Assembly (NCBI GenBank): GCA_964016885.1
Contig: OZ024743.1
Location: forward strand, 104,284,001-104,348,000
Direction: 5' to 3'
From: Eledone cirrhosa
Taxonomy: Eukaryota
DNA length: 64,000 bases
The notes beneath the pieces are model-generated. The model saw only the letters and a program-made list of their open reading frames with translations. It was not told the origin of the DNA and did not search any database. Both the position numbers and the translations under genes were made by a program. Positions within the stretch are counted from its first letter, which is position 1, and every line of letters starts with the position of its first letter. This document shows, one piece after another, positions 12,597 to 27,695 of this stretch.

Positions 12597-15500
12597 CGAT
12601 GGTGGGGGGGGGGGGGGGCGAGTCTGCTAGATTCATTGTGGGTAAAAAACGTTGCTATAAGCTTTTCTGGGTGGGAAATGAAAATGGGATGGGTGGGGTA
12701 GGAATCATGTTAGCAGAAAAATGGGTGGATAAGATAATAGATGTAAATAGAGTGAATGACAGAATAATTAAAATAAGACTTGTTCTAAATAGAACTACTG
12801 TGACAGTAATATATGCATATGCGCCCCAATCCGGACTGCCTGGCGCTATAAAAGACAGATTCTATGAGACACTGATGCTCACTACCTCCTAAATAACCGA
12901 CAGTGACTATATAAGTATTGCTGGCGACCTAAATGGCCATGTTGGACAACATTGTGACGGCTATGACGGAATCCACGGAGGCTATGGGTTTGGTACTAGA
13001 AACGAGGAAGGCTCCAGAATCCTGGAATTCTGTGATGCAAATAACCTAACTATCTGTAACACTAACTTCAAAAAATGAGACAATCACTTGATCACCTACA
13101 GATCAGGGGAACATACCAGCCAGGTAGATTATATCCAGAAGACGTGACAGAGTATCTGTTGTAAACACTAAATCCCTCCACCATGAAGAATGCACCTCCC
13201 AACATAGACTGATAATTAGCGACCTCATAGTCAGGACGAGACGTACTAGACAGCAGAAGAGGACTATCCTCAGGAGAAAAATATGGAAGCTAAAGGACCC
13301 CACAGCCAGAAATAAATTTCAAAGCATATTACTTGATGCTTTCGACAGTAAGGAAGAGCAATTAGAGTCGTACAATATAGAGGAACAGTGGGAATTCCTG
13401 AAAGCAAACCTGCTGATGGCGACAGACGAAGTCTGTGGCTGGAGCAGGCCTGTAGGCAGGAGGAGAGTAAATGGTGGTGGAACAGTAAGGTGGAGGAGTC
13501 AATTAAGGCCAAAAAGCAGGCTTGGAAAGTATGGCGGGATGGGGGAAGTAGAGAAGACTATCAAGTGGCCATGAGGGAAGCTAGGAGACAAGTGTACTTC
13601 GCAAGAAGGGAAGCAGAGGAAAGAAAGTTCAAGCATGTTCTACAACGCGAGGACCAAAAACGTGAGGTGTTCAGGATTGCTAGGCAATGTGTCAAGGAAA
13701 ACCGTGATATTGTCGGGGAGAAGTGTGTACTAAATGATGATGGCGTACTTGCCATCACTGACGCTGATAAGAAGGTAGCTTGGAAGTGTCACTACGAAAG
13801 GCTACTAAATAAGGAGAATAAATGGGAGAAAGACAGTCTCCCCCACATCGACCCAATAGAGGGACCAGCAGTGTTAGTCGAAGGTAGTATAATAAGTAAG
13901 GCAATCAAAGATATGAAGACGGGTAAGGCGGCTGGGCCTTCGGAAATAGTTGCTGAGATGCTGAAAGCCTCTGGAACGGTGGGACACACCATGGTCACCC
14001 GGATAGTAAACCAAGTCATACAGAAGGGGGTTGTTCCGAAATACTGGCGTAGCAGCATCATCATTAACTGTTACAAGGGCAAAGGAGATGCCCTAGATAG
14101 GAGTAACTATAGAGGCATTAAATTAATCGACCAGGTCATGAAGGTCACGGAAAAAGTAATAGCGCAACTAATCAGAGAGAGAATTGATCTAGATGAAATG
14201 CAGTTCGTGTTTGTGTCAGGCAAAAGTACCACAGACGCTCTTTTCGTTGTACGACAACTACAGAAGTACCTAGCTAAAAGTAAACCTCTATACTTAGCTT
14301 TTGTCGACTTGGAGAAAGCTTTCGACAGAGTCCCCCGTTCCATTATCTGGTGGGCTCTTAGAAAACTAGGTGTTGATGAATGGCTTGTGAGAGCTATACA
14401 AGCCATGTATAAAGAAACAGTCAGCAAGGTTAGAATTAACAACGAATATATTGAAGAGTTGAGCGTAAAAGTTGGTGTTCATCAGGGCTCTGTTCTTAGC
14501 CCCCTACTATTTATTATTGCCCTTCAGGCTATAACAGTGGAGTTCAAGACCGGCTGCCCATGGGAACTCCTATACGCAGATGATCTAACGCTCATAACTG
14601 AATCAATGGCCGAGCTAGGGAAGAAATTCCAAACATGGAAGCACGGCCTAGAATCAAAAGGCCTTAAAATTAACCTGGCTAAGACTAAAGTTCTACTTTG
14701 TAGGAAAGAAAATAAGGCGCTGGTCCCATCCGAGAAATGGCCATGCTCAGTGTGTAGGAAAGGTGTAGGTAGAAACTCCATTCTATGTCCCATATGCAAA
14801 GTATGGGTGCATAAAAGATGTAGTGGGATGACAGGTAAGCTAACTAAGAACATAGATTTTACATGTGGCCGGTACTCTGGTGCAATAAGTAGCAGCAGGT
14901 GCCCACAAAATACTAGCTCTTTCAATTGCGCAGTGGGTTCTATAGAAATAGTGGACAGCTTCCGTTACCTGGGTGATAAAATGAGCAGTGGGGGAGGGTG
15001 CTCTGAAAGTACAGTAGCTAGAGTCAGAACTGGATGGAAAAAGTTCAGAGAGCTTATACCACTATTAGCCACTAAAGGGTTCTCCCTAAAAATGAAAGGC
15101 AGGTTGTACGATGCCTGCATACGAACAGCAATGTTGCATGGCAGTGAGACCTGGGCATTGTGTGCAGAGGATATACGCAGACTAGAGAGGAACGAAGCTT
15201 GCATGCTCCACTGGATGTGTAATAGTAATATACGTAAACGGCAAAGCATAAACGAACTAAGGGAAAAATTAGAAATAAGAGGGATCAGATGTTGTTTACT
15301 TGAGAGAAGGCTATGTTGGTATGGTCACGTGATGCGCATGAAAGATGACAGCTGTATAAAAAAGTGCAGGGCAATAAAGATAGACGGTAGCCACGGAGTA
15401 GGCAGACCCAGAAAAACCTGGGACGACCTGATAAATTCCGACCTCACACACTTACACCTCTCCAAGACAATCACTGGACCGAGATCTTTGGCGGTACTCA

Positions 15501-15923
15501 GTAATAGAGAAGACCCGCCTTACCTAAATACAAAGTAAAACCTACTACAGTCAGTAGGCATCTCTAACAAAATATACCCCCGTCCCACCACCCCCACCCC
15601 ATCCACACCGCCCCTTTCAATGTAAAGTTATGTTGGTGCCACAACATCCAGGCCGAAACAAATGAGATCGTGTAGGTGTCACGACAAAAAAACACACAGT
15701 CCACGCTGTAATGTGGCCGTGTAGGCAACACAGTAAAAATCTCCCAGTCCCACATTGTAAATGTGGTTGGTGTTAGGAAGGGCATCCAGCTGTAGAAAAC
15801 CCGCCAGACAGTCCTATACGAGCAAGACAACCACTCTTGCCTCAAGTGGGAAAACTCCCGTCCAAACCCATGCAAGCGTGGCATATGGACGTTAAACGAT
15901 GATGATGATGATGATGATGATGA

Positions 15924-15927
<4 letters not shown>
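12597..15927 (+). mobile_element. RTE-clade LINE, near full length (broken APE, RT, 3'UTR, (GAT)n tail)
   Basis: ORF 13388-15538 has FVDLEKAFD, GVHQGSVLSP, LYADD and YLG motifs; APE pieces at 12590-13300 carry stops and frameshifts; (GAT)n at 15898-15927. Confidence 0.96.
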
Positions 15928-15975
<48 letters not shown>

Positions 15976-16312
15976 TGCCCCTTCGTTATCGAGTATGGCC
16001 ATTGCACGATATACCATCATTAATAATTATCAATTGATTTTATCGTGCAATGCCTGTGCGAGAAGATATTTTTTAAAGTGAGGAAAGACTGTGCACTGAG
16101 CCAATCCCACTCTCTGAGCGACAGTAGTTATAACCCGAAAAGAAGAAAAGATCAACATCATCGGTAACTACTGAGCCACAGTATTATATAAATATATATA
16201 TATATATATGGTGAACATAATGATATATATATATATATATGTATATGTATATATAATATATATATATATATATATACGTATTTTTGTATGTATGTATGTT
16301 TATACACGTGTG

Positions 16313-16369
<57 letters not shown>

Positions 16370-16818
16370 GTATATAAGCATATCGTTATATATAAGTATA
16401 TACTCCGCAACATACACACAAATGAGGTAGATGGATAGGTACATAACGAGAGAGAGAGGGGGGAGGGGGTGAGAGAGAAAGAGAGAGACAGGGTGACAAT
16501 TGCAAAGTTCATTGTATGATAGAAAGGCAACTACTTAAGCGTTGCTATTGGTGCAAGGGACGTAACTCTAATACCAGTCCTGCACATTCATCACCTCCAC
16601 ATTGTGGGCTATTGAATACAATTGACTAGTTTAAAGTGACTTCAAAACCTGCTTAGTAACTTAACACCTCCTCAAAGGTTCATGTGTGCAACATTTCAAA
16701 TGACCTAATATATATAATAGACAACCAAACAGTCCATTTCCACTATACAGAATACACACAGACACATATATATTTATACACACACACATGCATATATTTA
16801 TATATTTATACACACACA

Positions 16819-17347
<529 letters not shown>

Positions 17348-17417
17348 TCTTTTGCTGTTCCAGCCATCCGGCTGAGGCCATGCTGGGATATTTCCTCTAT
17401 CGTTTTTATATATTTGA

Positions 17418-17760
17418 TATCATCATCATCATCATCATCATCAACGTTTAACGTCCGTGTTCCACGCTTGCATGGGTTTGGACGGGGGTAGTCCCACTTG
17501 AGGCAAGAGTGATTGTCTTGCTCGCATAGGACTGTCTGGCAGGTTTTCTACAGTTGGATGCCCTTCCTAACACCAACCACATTTACAGTGTGGGTCTGGG
17601 AGGTTTTTACCGTGTTGCCTACACGGCCACATTACAGCGTGGACTGTGTGTTTTTTTGTCGTGACACCTACACGATCTCATTTGTTTCGGCCTGGATGGC
17701 GCGGCACCAACATAACTTTACATAGAACGGGGTGGTGTGGATGGGGTGGGGGTATTATCC
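17418..17760 (-). mobile_element. 5'-truncated RTE 3'UTR copy
   Basis: Reverse complement closely matches 15590-15927. Confidence 0.88.
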
Positions 17761-17807
17761 TTATCGACCCCTCTTCAGATTTCTGTCTTCACATTTATTA
17801 TTATTAT

Positions 17808-17880
<73 letters not shown>

Positions 17881-17924
17881 TATTCAATATATTCAATATT
17901 ATATATATTATTCAATATTTATAT

Positions 17925-18095
17925 CATCATCATCATCATTTTACGTCCGCTTTTCCCTGCTTGCAAGGGTTGGGCGGGTCCTATTCAGCACACCATCTCT
18001 CCACTTGTCACGGTCCTTCATCATCTCCTCGGTGAGTTTCAGTGATCTGAGGTCTGCTCTCACCACCTCCGCCCATGTTTTTCGTGGTCTACCTC
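17925..18095 (-). mobile_element. RTE-type 3' fragment
   Basis: Minus strand encodes RGRPRKTWAEVVRADLR-like C-terminus followed by a (GAT)n tail. Confidence 0.7.
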
Positions 18096-18650
18096 TACTG
18101 TACATTTTGGTTTACAAGGAAAACGTGCTGAATACCGCAGTAGAGGATATTGTATATTTCTCGCTGTTGTTACTCTGAGTTTTGTAAATTGTGAGAGAGA
18201 GTAATAATACACACAAACACCCAGCATACCCCTCACCATACGATTATGTGCACTGACCACCCTAGTGCTATAATGAAATAGTGCCAGTGCCGCTACAAAA
18301 CCATCCAGTCCACCTTGTAAGGTGATAGTGCTGGTGCTACAACAAAAAGCACCCAGTCTACCATGTAAGGTGGTAGTGTTGAAGTCACAATATAATGCTC
18401 ACTGTACAAGCTGTAAAGTAGTTGGCATTAGGCAGGGCATCTAGCTATAAAAACCAAGCCAAAACAAAGTGAACAAGCAGGACCTAGTCACTTGACCAGT
18501 CTGGCCACAGCAGCCGACAGCCATCCAATACATGTAAGCATGGAAAATAGACATTATATGGTAATTATCTATATATATATATATATAAAAGACGTAAAAT
18601 AAGAAAATTTTTTAAAAAATTAAAAAAAAATTAACTTACTTAAATTTTCA

Positions 18651-18730
18651 CTCCAACTAATTAGTTTCTGCAATGGGATAAAGACAGTTACGTAATGAAC
18701 TATTGAGAATTTCATTGCGTCTTCAGGGAG
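18651..18730 (-). ncRNA. Type I hammerhead ribozyme inside an inverted-repeat element (18584-18833)
   Basis: ctcc-CTGAAGA-cgcaatg...cattgca-GAAA-ctaattag-TT-ggag: palindromic ACUAAUUAGU stem III, GUU triplet, flanked by ~65-bp inverted arms. Confidence 0.8.
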
Positions 18731-18969
18731 ATCTATTCTCAGCCAAGTCTCCAGGCAATGCGCGGACAAAATTTAAGTAAGTTAATTTTTTTTTAATTTT
18801 TTTTTAAATTTTCTTATTTTACGTCTTTTATATTATTGTTCTGCATCCTCCTGCATTGAACCACCTAGGTACTATGACATAACCTGTATATTTGCTGGCA
18901 TTAGCGTACATCTATGCGCTTATGTTAGTAGATATATTAAATTATCTATATATATATATATATATATAT

Positions 18970-19115
18970 ATAGGAAAATGTTAGACCCCGACGGCAGAGC
19001 TCAAGCCGTTTCAACGGCTATTTCTGGAGTCCAGAAATAGCCGTCGAAATGGCTTGAGCTCTGCTGTCAGGGTCTAACATTTTCCTATTACCCACTCTAC
19101 TACTCTAAGTATTGA
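18970..19115. mobile_element. Palindromic short element (half-hammerhead family), copy 3, opposite orientation
   Basis: Arms taggaaaatgttagacccc... / ...gggtctaacattttccta; tail tacccactctactac is the reverse complement of the flank in copies 1-2. Confidence 0.85.
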
Positions 19116-19342
19116 TTAAAATTTTAACATTAATAACTAAATACCTTCTCTGAAATACCACTGAAAATATTTAAAAATTGGACAGAAGTGCTTGAATGGA
19201 ATCAAAATCACCTGCATCCCTCCCCACCTCTATATATACACATGCATACAGAGACAACATATACATTTTAGTGGAGTTTCTGGATTTGGTCTACAGATCA
19301 CAGGTTTGTAAATTTAAAAAAAAAGAAAGAAGAAAAGGTGTC

Positions 19343-19374
<32 letters not shown>

Positions 19375-19569
19375 ATATATTATATATATATATATATATT
19401 GTTTCTTTGTGTCATACTTTTTAACTGTTGTGTTTACTCTGGTGGTAATGTATTAACACTCCGCTCCATTGAGTGCTTTGAGATTGCCTCAAATAACTTG
19501 AATAGTACCTGCTATATGGCAGTTACAACTTTGATTTATACCTAATATCATATATATATATATATATAT

Positions 19570-20085
<516 letters not shown>

Positions 20086-20599
20086 ATATTAAATAAATGG
20101 AAACTATATTTATAAAACCATATTTATTTGATATCATTGAATATTATACTCCAGAAAATCTGCCGAGTGCTCTGAATCAGTTATAAACATTTATATTTGT
20201 TGAATTACCAACAAATTGAATATCCCTTCTGCTTATATATATATATATATACATACGGATGAACTAGATTTACATAAATACTACTTCGACCTCAAAGTTA
20301 GACTTGAACAATTTTGAGGCATAAGTAAACATAATTCTATATAAAGATACATTATATCACTTTACAAAAAAATAGTAATAGAAGGAATAGTTATTGTAAC
20401 TAGCAAAAAAACCACCCATGGGTGGGTTTCTGCTAGCATGTGTAGTGTGCATATTGATATTATATGCATGTTGATATAATACATAAAATAAAAAGTAAAT
20501 TGACAATATGCATAGAAATTGAAGAGAGACTGTGTTACACTCTCTTCTGCAATTAATAAAGTAATCCATGATACATTTAAAAAAACATTATATATAAAC

Positions 20600-20790
20600 T
20601 GCGGCGGATTGGAAGTATCGGTAGAGGGTCGGACGCCATGCTTTCCAGCATAGTTACGTCCCTTTACGATCTAAGTTCAAATCCCGCCAAGGTTGACTTT
20701 GCCTTTCATCCTTACGGGGTCGATAAAATAAAGTACCAGTAATGCACTGGGATAATTGCTGGCCTTGTGCCTAAAGTAGAAACAATTATA
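20600..20790 (+). mobile_element. tRNA-derived SINE family B
   Basis: ggattggaagtatcggtagag...agttcaaatcc (B box)...gcctttcatccttacggggtcgataaaataaagtaccag. Copies at 9146, 29125, 37070-38170, 45560-45880, 53290, 62635. Confidence 0.85.
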
Positions 20791-21784
20791 TATAAACTGC
20801 ATTACAGCAAAATGTTATGAAAACGAAAAAGGAGAAAATGAGATTAGTGATGGAAATATTAATGTCATGATATAATGAAGCAAATATATGAATGTTTATA
20901 TAAGCAATGTGATATAGCGATGAAAATAATGTCATGATATAATGATGCAAATATATGAATGTTTATATAAGCAATGCGATATAGCAATGAAAATATAGCG
21001 TACGGCAAAGTGTTGACATTTGAAAATTTTAAAAGAAGTGAATCTTGAAATAAGCAATACATGATATATAAGAATATTTATGTTTAATCTAAGAAATTTA
21101 GTAGATAAATTACATAATATTCATTCATGATTTATTCAAAGTAATCCAACTTATTTTGATAACGTCTCGTAGTTCTCTAATAATTGTATATAAGATTGTT
21201 ATTTTGTTTAAGACCCAACCATTTTTACAGTTTAAGACCTAATCATTATTACTGTTTAAAATGTAACCATTATTTTTTTTTTCAAGACCTAACCATTATT
21301 ATTAGTAAACAAAAGCACCAAGATACAAATATTAACTTCAGACAAAAGAATTTTTCATTGCCAGGATAAGTAATATAACAATAGCTGGAATGGTGAGGGA
21401 GGTGATGGAATGGTGGTGGTGTTGGGTGCAGGAATTTACACTTCTTTGGCACAAGAAAAACACAGTGTCCAGGTGTGTGAATGGGGGGGGGGGGGTAAAG
21501 GAACAGTGGAGTTTAACATGTTTTGTTTGTTTGTTATAATAGTATTGTTAAAATTAGAAATGGAAGGTGTTAGATTAATTAAAATTTTAACATTAGTAAC
21601 TAAATAGCTTCTGTTGTTTTTTAACTGGTTTCAGTTATTGGACAGCTGCCAAGTTGGGGGAACGCCTTCAAATGTTTTAGTCCATTATATGAGTCCCTAC
21701 ACACAAGACAGACAATCAACCCCCTCTTCTACACTATTTGCTTTAGTCTACTACTTATTTTATTGGGTTAGTAATTGTTTGGTG

Positions 21785-22110
21785 AAGGCATGTGACTTAG
21801 TGATGAGGGTGTTCACATAATGATTACAAGGTTGTGAGTTCGATTCCCAGACCAGATGGTGCATTGTGTTCTTGAGCAAGATGCTTTATTTCACATTGCT
21901 CCAGTCCACTCAGCTGGCAAAAATGAATTGCATCTGTAATTCAAGGGACCAGCTTCTTTGCCTCACATAGTCTGTCATGCTGAATCTCCCTGAGAACTAT
22001 ATTAAGAGTGCATGAATCTGTGAAATGCTCAGCCACTTACACATTAATTTCACAAGCAGGCAGTTCTGTTAATTAAATCAACTGGACACTCATCCTCAGA
22101 AACAACAGAG
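21785..22110 (+). mobile_element. tRNA-derived SINE (family A-like head, different tail)
   Basis: gacttagtgatgagggtg...gagttcgattcc; gtgttcttgagcaagatgcttt. Confidence 0.75.
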
Positions 22111-22703
22111 GTTCATCAACAACAGCAACCTTTTAACAGTTTGGGATAGATACACAGTATTTTTATACATTGTAAGAGGCAACTAAAAAGGTTGTGCCAA
22201 GAAGGGCATCCAGCTATAGATCATTACCTAAAAAAAAATCCCAGGATGAGTATGAAGCACATAGGGTTTGCAAGGCTTTAGCTGGGAAAATGGAATTAAC
22301 ATTTTTGTGATCATATTTCTAATGAAATACACTCTAGTTTAATTATTTTTTAAATGTTGAGTGATTCATTAAAATTATTAATGTTAATTAAAACTATTAA
22401 GTTACTAAGATAGTAACTTATTTATATTTATGTTGAAAGATTTTAATTTATGTAGGAACCCTTTCAAATGGATGTCTTGATTCATAGAACCAAAGCTGGT
22501 TTTGGATGGGTCTGTGTCAAAAAAGTCCATGAAGAATTTTGAAGAGATTTGTTAAAATTATTAATTATTTCATTACTAAGATAGTAACTTAACATGGTTT
22601 TTATATAAAATAATGTTAGAAGATTTAAATTTAAATAGGAACCTTTTAAAATGGGTGATTTTGTTTCATAGAACCAGACCTAGTTTTGAGCAGGCTGGTA
22701 GTA

Positions 22704-22931
22704 CAGACCTGCCAACCTCTAAAAGCCCAAACAGAGGACCATGAAAAATAGTGCACCAAAACGGGGAGAAATGAGGCAAAATGGGGAGATTTTACATAAT
22801 GAAAGCTATACCAATTTTCATAAGAAAGGACATCTCTCACCCATCTCAAAGTGGGTAGGAGCTCTCACCCATCTCAAAGTGGGTAGGAGCTCTCCCCATC
22901 AGACGTCAGACAGGGAGAGTTGTCAGGTCTG
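22704..22931. mobile_element. Small TIR element (MITE) with apparent 3-bp TSD
   Basis: cagacctgccaac...gttgtcaggtctg flanked by gta/gta; internal ~28-bp tandem duplication. Confidence 0.65.
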
Positions 22932-23754
22932 GTATTAAAAATGTTAAATTGTTTGCTGTTGTATTTGTTTAACAAGGGAATTGATTTAAGATCGTGTATT
23001 GAAACTGAAGCAATGATATCTTGGAAGAGTCCTAGTGTTGGTGATCTACATGATAAACACAGTCAGTACACTCTGTGAAGTGGTTGGTGATAGTAAGGGC
23101 ATCTAGCAATAGAAAACTGGCCAAACAAAGAGTAAATGACCTCCCAGTGATAGTGCCATGTGTGGAAAGTATGTAAGTGAGAGGTAGCCTTGGGCCAGTC
23201 TGAGAGGTCCATAGCTCTGATTAAGTATTGATTTAGTTTGTGATGATCCTTCCAACTTTATGCTAGAAAATATTTGTCCAAGGTGTTGTGGAATTTCTCT
23301 GAAAAGAGTTTGGTTGACCTGATAGAAGACATTTAGCTAAGGTATTGCCGAGTGGGATTGATCCTGAAACTACATGGTTAAAAGCAAACAGCTATGTCAA
23401 GTGACCTGAGGCTAAACAACAACTTTCACCACCACACCTTCTCCCCCGTTTCATCATCCACCACCACTGACCCACTTACCTATTTTAACCAGTGGTGGTG
23501 AAGAATAGAAATAAAGTGTAAACAAAAGTAATTAGTTACGCATGTACTTACACACATACATACACAAACATTCATACACATGTACACATACACATGTTCA
23601 CTTACATACACAGAGAGACACCTATTAATTACTTGACACATGACTAAGAAAGTTGTATAATAAATTAACCAAAAACCTACTTTTAGAACCACGGAACATA
23701 GGTAATAAATACATACATGTATATACACACACACACATGCATGTATGTATATGT

Positions 23755-23787
<33 letters not shown>

Positions 23788-24122
23788 CAGTGAAACCTTG
23801 GTTTACAAATGCCTCTTATGAACAAACTCATTCAAGAAGAATTTTTTTTATATAAAACATCTTGGTTCACGAACTGTGTCTGGAGGTATGAACATGCAAG
23901 TTTGTAACAATGGTTGGCAACAAGCTTAGAATATTGATGGGAAAGCATCACTTGTTGTGTAGTTAGTTATTATGGTGATATCTATCTGTCTTTCATACAC
24001 AATCTCTTTCTCAATGTATTTCTCTCGCAACATTTCATATGGGAAAAATAGTTTTGGTTTACAAACATTTTGGGTGACGAACAGCCTTCAGGAACAAATT
24101 AATTTGTGAACCGAGGTTCTAC

Positions 24123-24124
<2 letters not shown>
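23788..24124. mobile_element. pogo/Tigger-like MITE
   Basis: TIRs cagtgaaaccttggtttacaaat / atttgtgaaccgaggttctactg; inserted at TA. Confidence 0.8.
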
Positions 24125-24172
<48 letters not shown>

Positions 24173-24219
24173 TCATGCTGAAGATGATGATTTATATAAA
24201 TACATATATATATATATAT

Positions 24220-24800
24220 CCTCTTCTTCGCCCTGGGAAGATAATGGGGGAAGAGCCCTCAAGCATGGCTGGATACCCAAGTGAGACCAGCTGAGCTCAT
24301 GGATGTTATCCAACCATCTCGCTTAAGGTCTACACCTGGGTCTCCTGTCGGTTGGTTTTGCCCATAAAATCTGTTTAGCAATGCTTTCCAGAGATATTCT
24401 AACCACATGTCCATAATATTGGAGTTGCGATCTCTCAATTCTGAGAAATAGCGGCTGCACCTGGAGTGACTCTCTGATATTTGAGCTATGCACTCTATCG
24501 AGTAACATTACTCCAAAGACACTTCAGAGGAACCCCATTTCAGCCGCTTATATTTGCAATCATATTTTTTTGGTGATTATAGAGGATTAGCACAAATTCC
24601 AAATTGAGGATAGAGAGTTTGGCTCTTACACCTACCTCCCTGCTTCTGATGACTGAATTCTGAAGCTGGTGCATTACTGCTAAGGTTACATATCCCAAGA
24701 CCCCAGAAAGAGTCTGGAAGGGAGCAAACCTTGACAATTTGTAACTTAAATTTTTCAATATAATAGGCAATGAGCAGGAAATAGTGAAGGAGACCAGATG
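24220..24800 (-). mobile_element. RTE-family fragment
   Basis: [17 protein letters not shown]...PTDRRPRCRP. Confidence 0.8.
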
Positions 24801-25399
24801 CTACCAGATATAGTTAGGGTTTCCTCAACAAAGTTCCATGACTCTGGTACGGTAGATTTGGATGGAGGAAGGAAACTCCACTATTCAGGAGTGGAATGAG
24901 AATATGCGGAATGCGTGGAATGTGGAATGTATAGAATGTGTGGCATATGGAATCTGTGGAATGTGGAATGTATAGAATATGTGGAATGTGGTATGTGAAA
25001 TTTGTGAAATGTGGAATGTGAGGGCTGTGGAATTGAATATGAAGGGGATGAATTCGAGAATGATGGTGAAATATATTCCATGCATTCAAAATTCCACATA
25101 CATATTCCTGTTTTCCCTTACTACCTAAAACACATCCACAAGTTCTGTATTCTACACATTCCACATATATATCTTTCCACATTTCACACATTCCACATGG
25201 AAAGTTTTGATGTGGAATCTGTGGAAAGTGATATTTGGACTGTGTTGAATGCGGAATTTTGATTGGATGGAGTATATTCTATTCCTAATTCTACAATTTG
25301 TCCATGATCATAAAAACTTAGCTTATGTTGCTCACTAGAGTAGAACAACTGGAATGTGAAATGTGTGGAATGTGGAAAGTGACTGAACAAGCAGGAATG

Positions 25400-25760
25400 G
25401 GGATATTAACAAGTCCTCTGCTGTCAGAATGTGTTATGAACTAGATCCCATTGGAAAAGAGGATTTGCCTCTTGAAGCTTAGATGGAAAGATATGTCTCT
25501 GTGGGTAGTGCAAGTTTATGCACCAAACAAAGAGTCTTGATAAAATCCCTGCAGTGTTAGATGCAGTTAAGACTGAATCATACATCCTAATGGGAGACTT
25601 CAAGGCACATGTTGGTACTAACCACCTGACATGGAAAGGAGTGATTGGAAAGAATGACAATCCCGAACTAAATATGAATGGAGAGGCCTTACTAGACTTC
25701 TGTTTTAGTAATGGGCTCACTATTATGAACACTTTCTTCCAGAACAATGACATCCATATA
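25400..25760 (+). mobile_element. RTE APE endonuclease fragment
   Basis: ILMGDFKAHVG...GVIGK...NGEALLDFC..NGLTIMNTFFQ. Confidence 0.8.
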
Positions 25761-26012
25761 TATATACACACACATATAAATAGATAGATATACATACACA
25801 CAAACACACAATGGTGCACAGAATATATCTCTGTGTATGTTTGTATTATGTTTGTATACAAGAAACAATGTTAAATGATAATAATGACACATACGTATAT
25901 GCTTAAAAACATATGCACATATTTACACACACAAAATATATAGAGTTAAGTGTGTGTATATATTTTATATATATATATATTGTGTGTGTGTGTATGTATG
26001 TATATACATATG

Positions 26013-26053
<41 letters not shown>

Positions 26054-26348
26054 TGATTAGATTGCAATTATATATGTATGTATATATGTTGATTAGAATG
26101 CAGTAAATGCTGGTGTAAACCACGTTCAGCACTTGATGTGATTCTGTGATTCAAAATTGTGTGTCAACTGATGGGATGGATAAAGGCAGCTATTTGGATT
26201 CAACAGAGATCACAGATTATACATATAAAAAATGAAGAGTGAGATATCAATTAAAAAAAAAACATATCTATTCTCATTATACATGATTCACTCACAAATC
26301 TAGCTCAAAACCATTGACAATCATATAAATTATTATGTAATGGTGGCA

Positions 26349-26390
<42 letters not shown>

Positions 26391-26719
26391 TTGTGCTTAA
26401 AATACTGTGGTATTTAGATCATTCAAACATTAACTGAATGAGCACTTAGTACTGATAGGAAGAGTTTAGAAATCTATTTTCTAAGTAGAAAAGTGACAGC
26501 GACAAGTTTCAGCTTAGCTGCTTTTTATATGTTACACTTTGTAATTCTAAGATAAAGATAGTTTACAACATATAGTGCAGTGTTTGTCTATATCAATTAA
26601 ACTAGAGATTTGACTTACTTCTATAGGATTAGAACAAAAGTGTTGCCTGATTTTCAAGTCTAAAATATTAATTTCTAATTCAAGCACAAGGCCAGCAATT
26701 TTTTTTTTTTTTCTCCAAA

Positions 26720-27060
26720 TGGTCTTTGGAGTAATGTTACTCGATAGAGTACATAGCTTGGAGATCAGAGAGTCACTCCAGGTAGAGCCGCTACTCCCAA
26801 TTGAGAGATCATAACTCTGATACTATGCGCATGTTGTTAGAATGTTTCAGGAAAAAATTGCTGACAGATTTTACAGGCAAAACCAACTGGCAGGAGACCC
26901 AGGAGTAGACTCTGAGCAAGATGGTTGGATAACATCCATGAATTTGGCTGGTCTTGTTTGGGGATCAGTTGGAGACGGTTGCTTCTGACAGGACCTGCTG
27001 GAAGGAGTGTTTGAGGATTCTGCCCCCATCACTCTCTCAAGAAGAAGAAGAAGAAGAAGA
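26720..27060 (+). mobile_element. RTE-family 3' fragment
   Basis: Homologous to 19570-19985; (AAG)n tail. Confidence 0.8.
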
Positions 27061-27548
27061 AGAAAAAAAAAGGAGGAGGAGGAGGAGGAGGAGGAGGAGG
27101 AGGAGGCCAGCAAATTTGGGGGAATGAGAAAGTTGATTAAATCAACCCGGGCAAGATGAAAAGCAAAATTGATTGGTGAGATTTGAACTCAGAATGATCC
27201 ACCACCCTTTGAGCATAAAATATTGAACAAGATTTATGAAAGTTCCATATTTCCCTGATGTTTAGTCATGCCTCCATAAGTAACATACCTCCTTTTCCTT
27301 TCACATTATAACAAAAATATTCCCAAAGCACATTTTTAATTTAACCCCATGTTTGATCAAGCTAAAGAACACAGTTGACATGACATGTTCTATGAGTTTC
27401 ATGAAAGCTACAATAGTAAAATCCATCCAAAGCACATATGGTGTTGATGTAGTATGTATAAAACACGGAGGAGGTGGGGTTTTTTCCATTTAAGAACTAA
27501 AATTGATGATATTAATGATGATGACACTGATGCCAACAATGATGTTGT

Positions 27549-27695
<147 letters not shown>

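Noticed and set aside
13388-15538. 716-aa ORF as an active RT or host gene
   Set aside because: N-terminus is out of frame and the endonuclease region is disrupted; it is a dead RTE copy.
20255-20335. Possible decayed minus-strand hammerhead (cctcaaa/tttgagg stem)
   Set aside because: Both core halves deviate too much to call.
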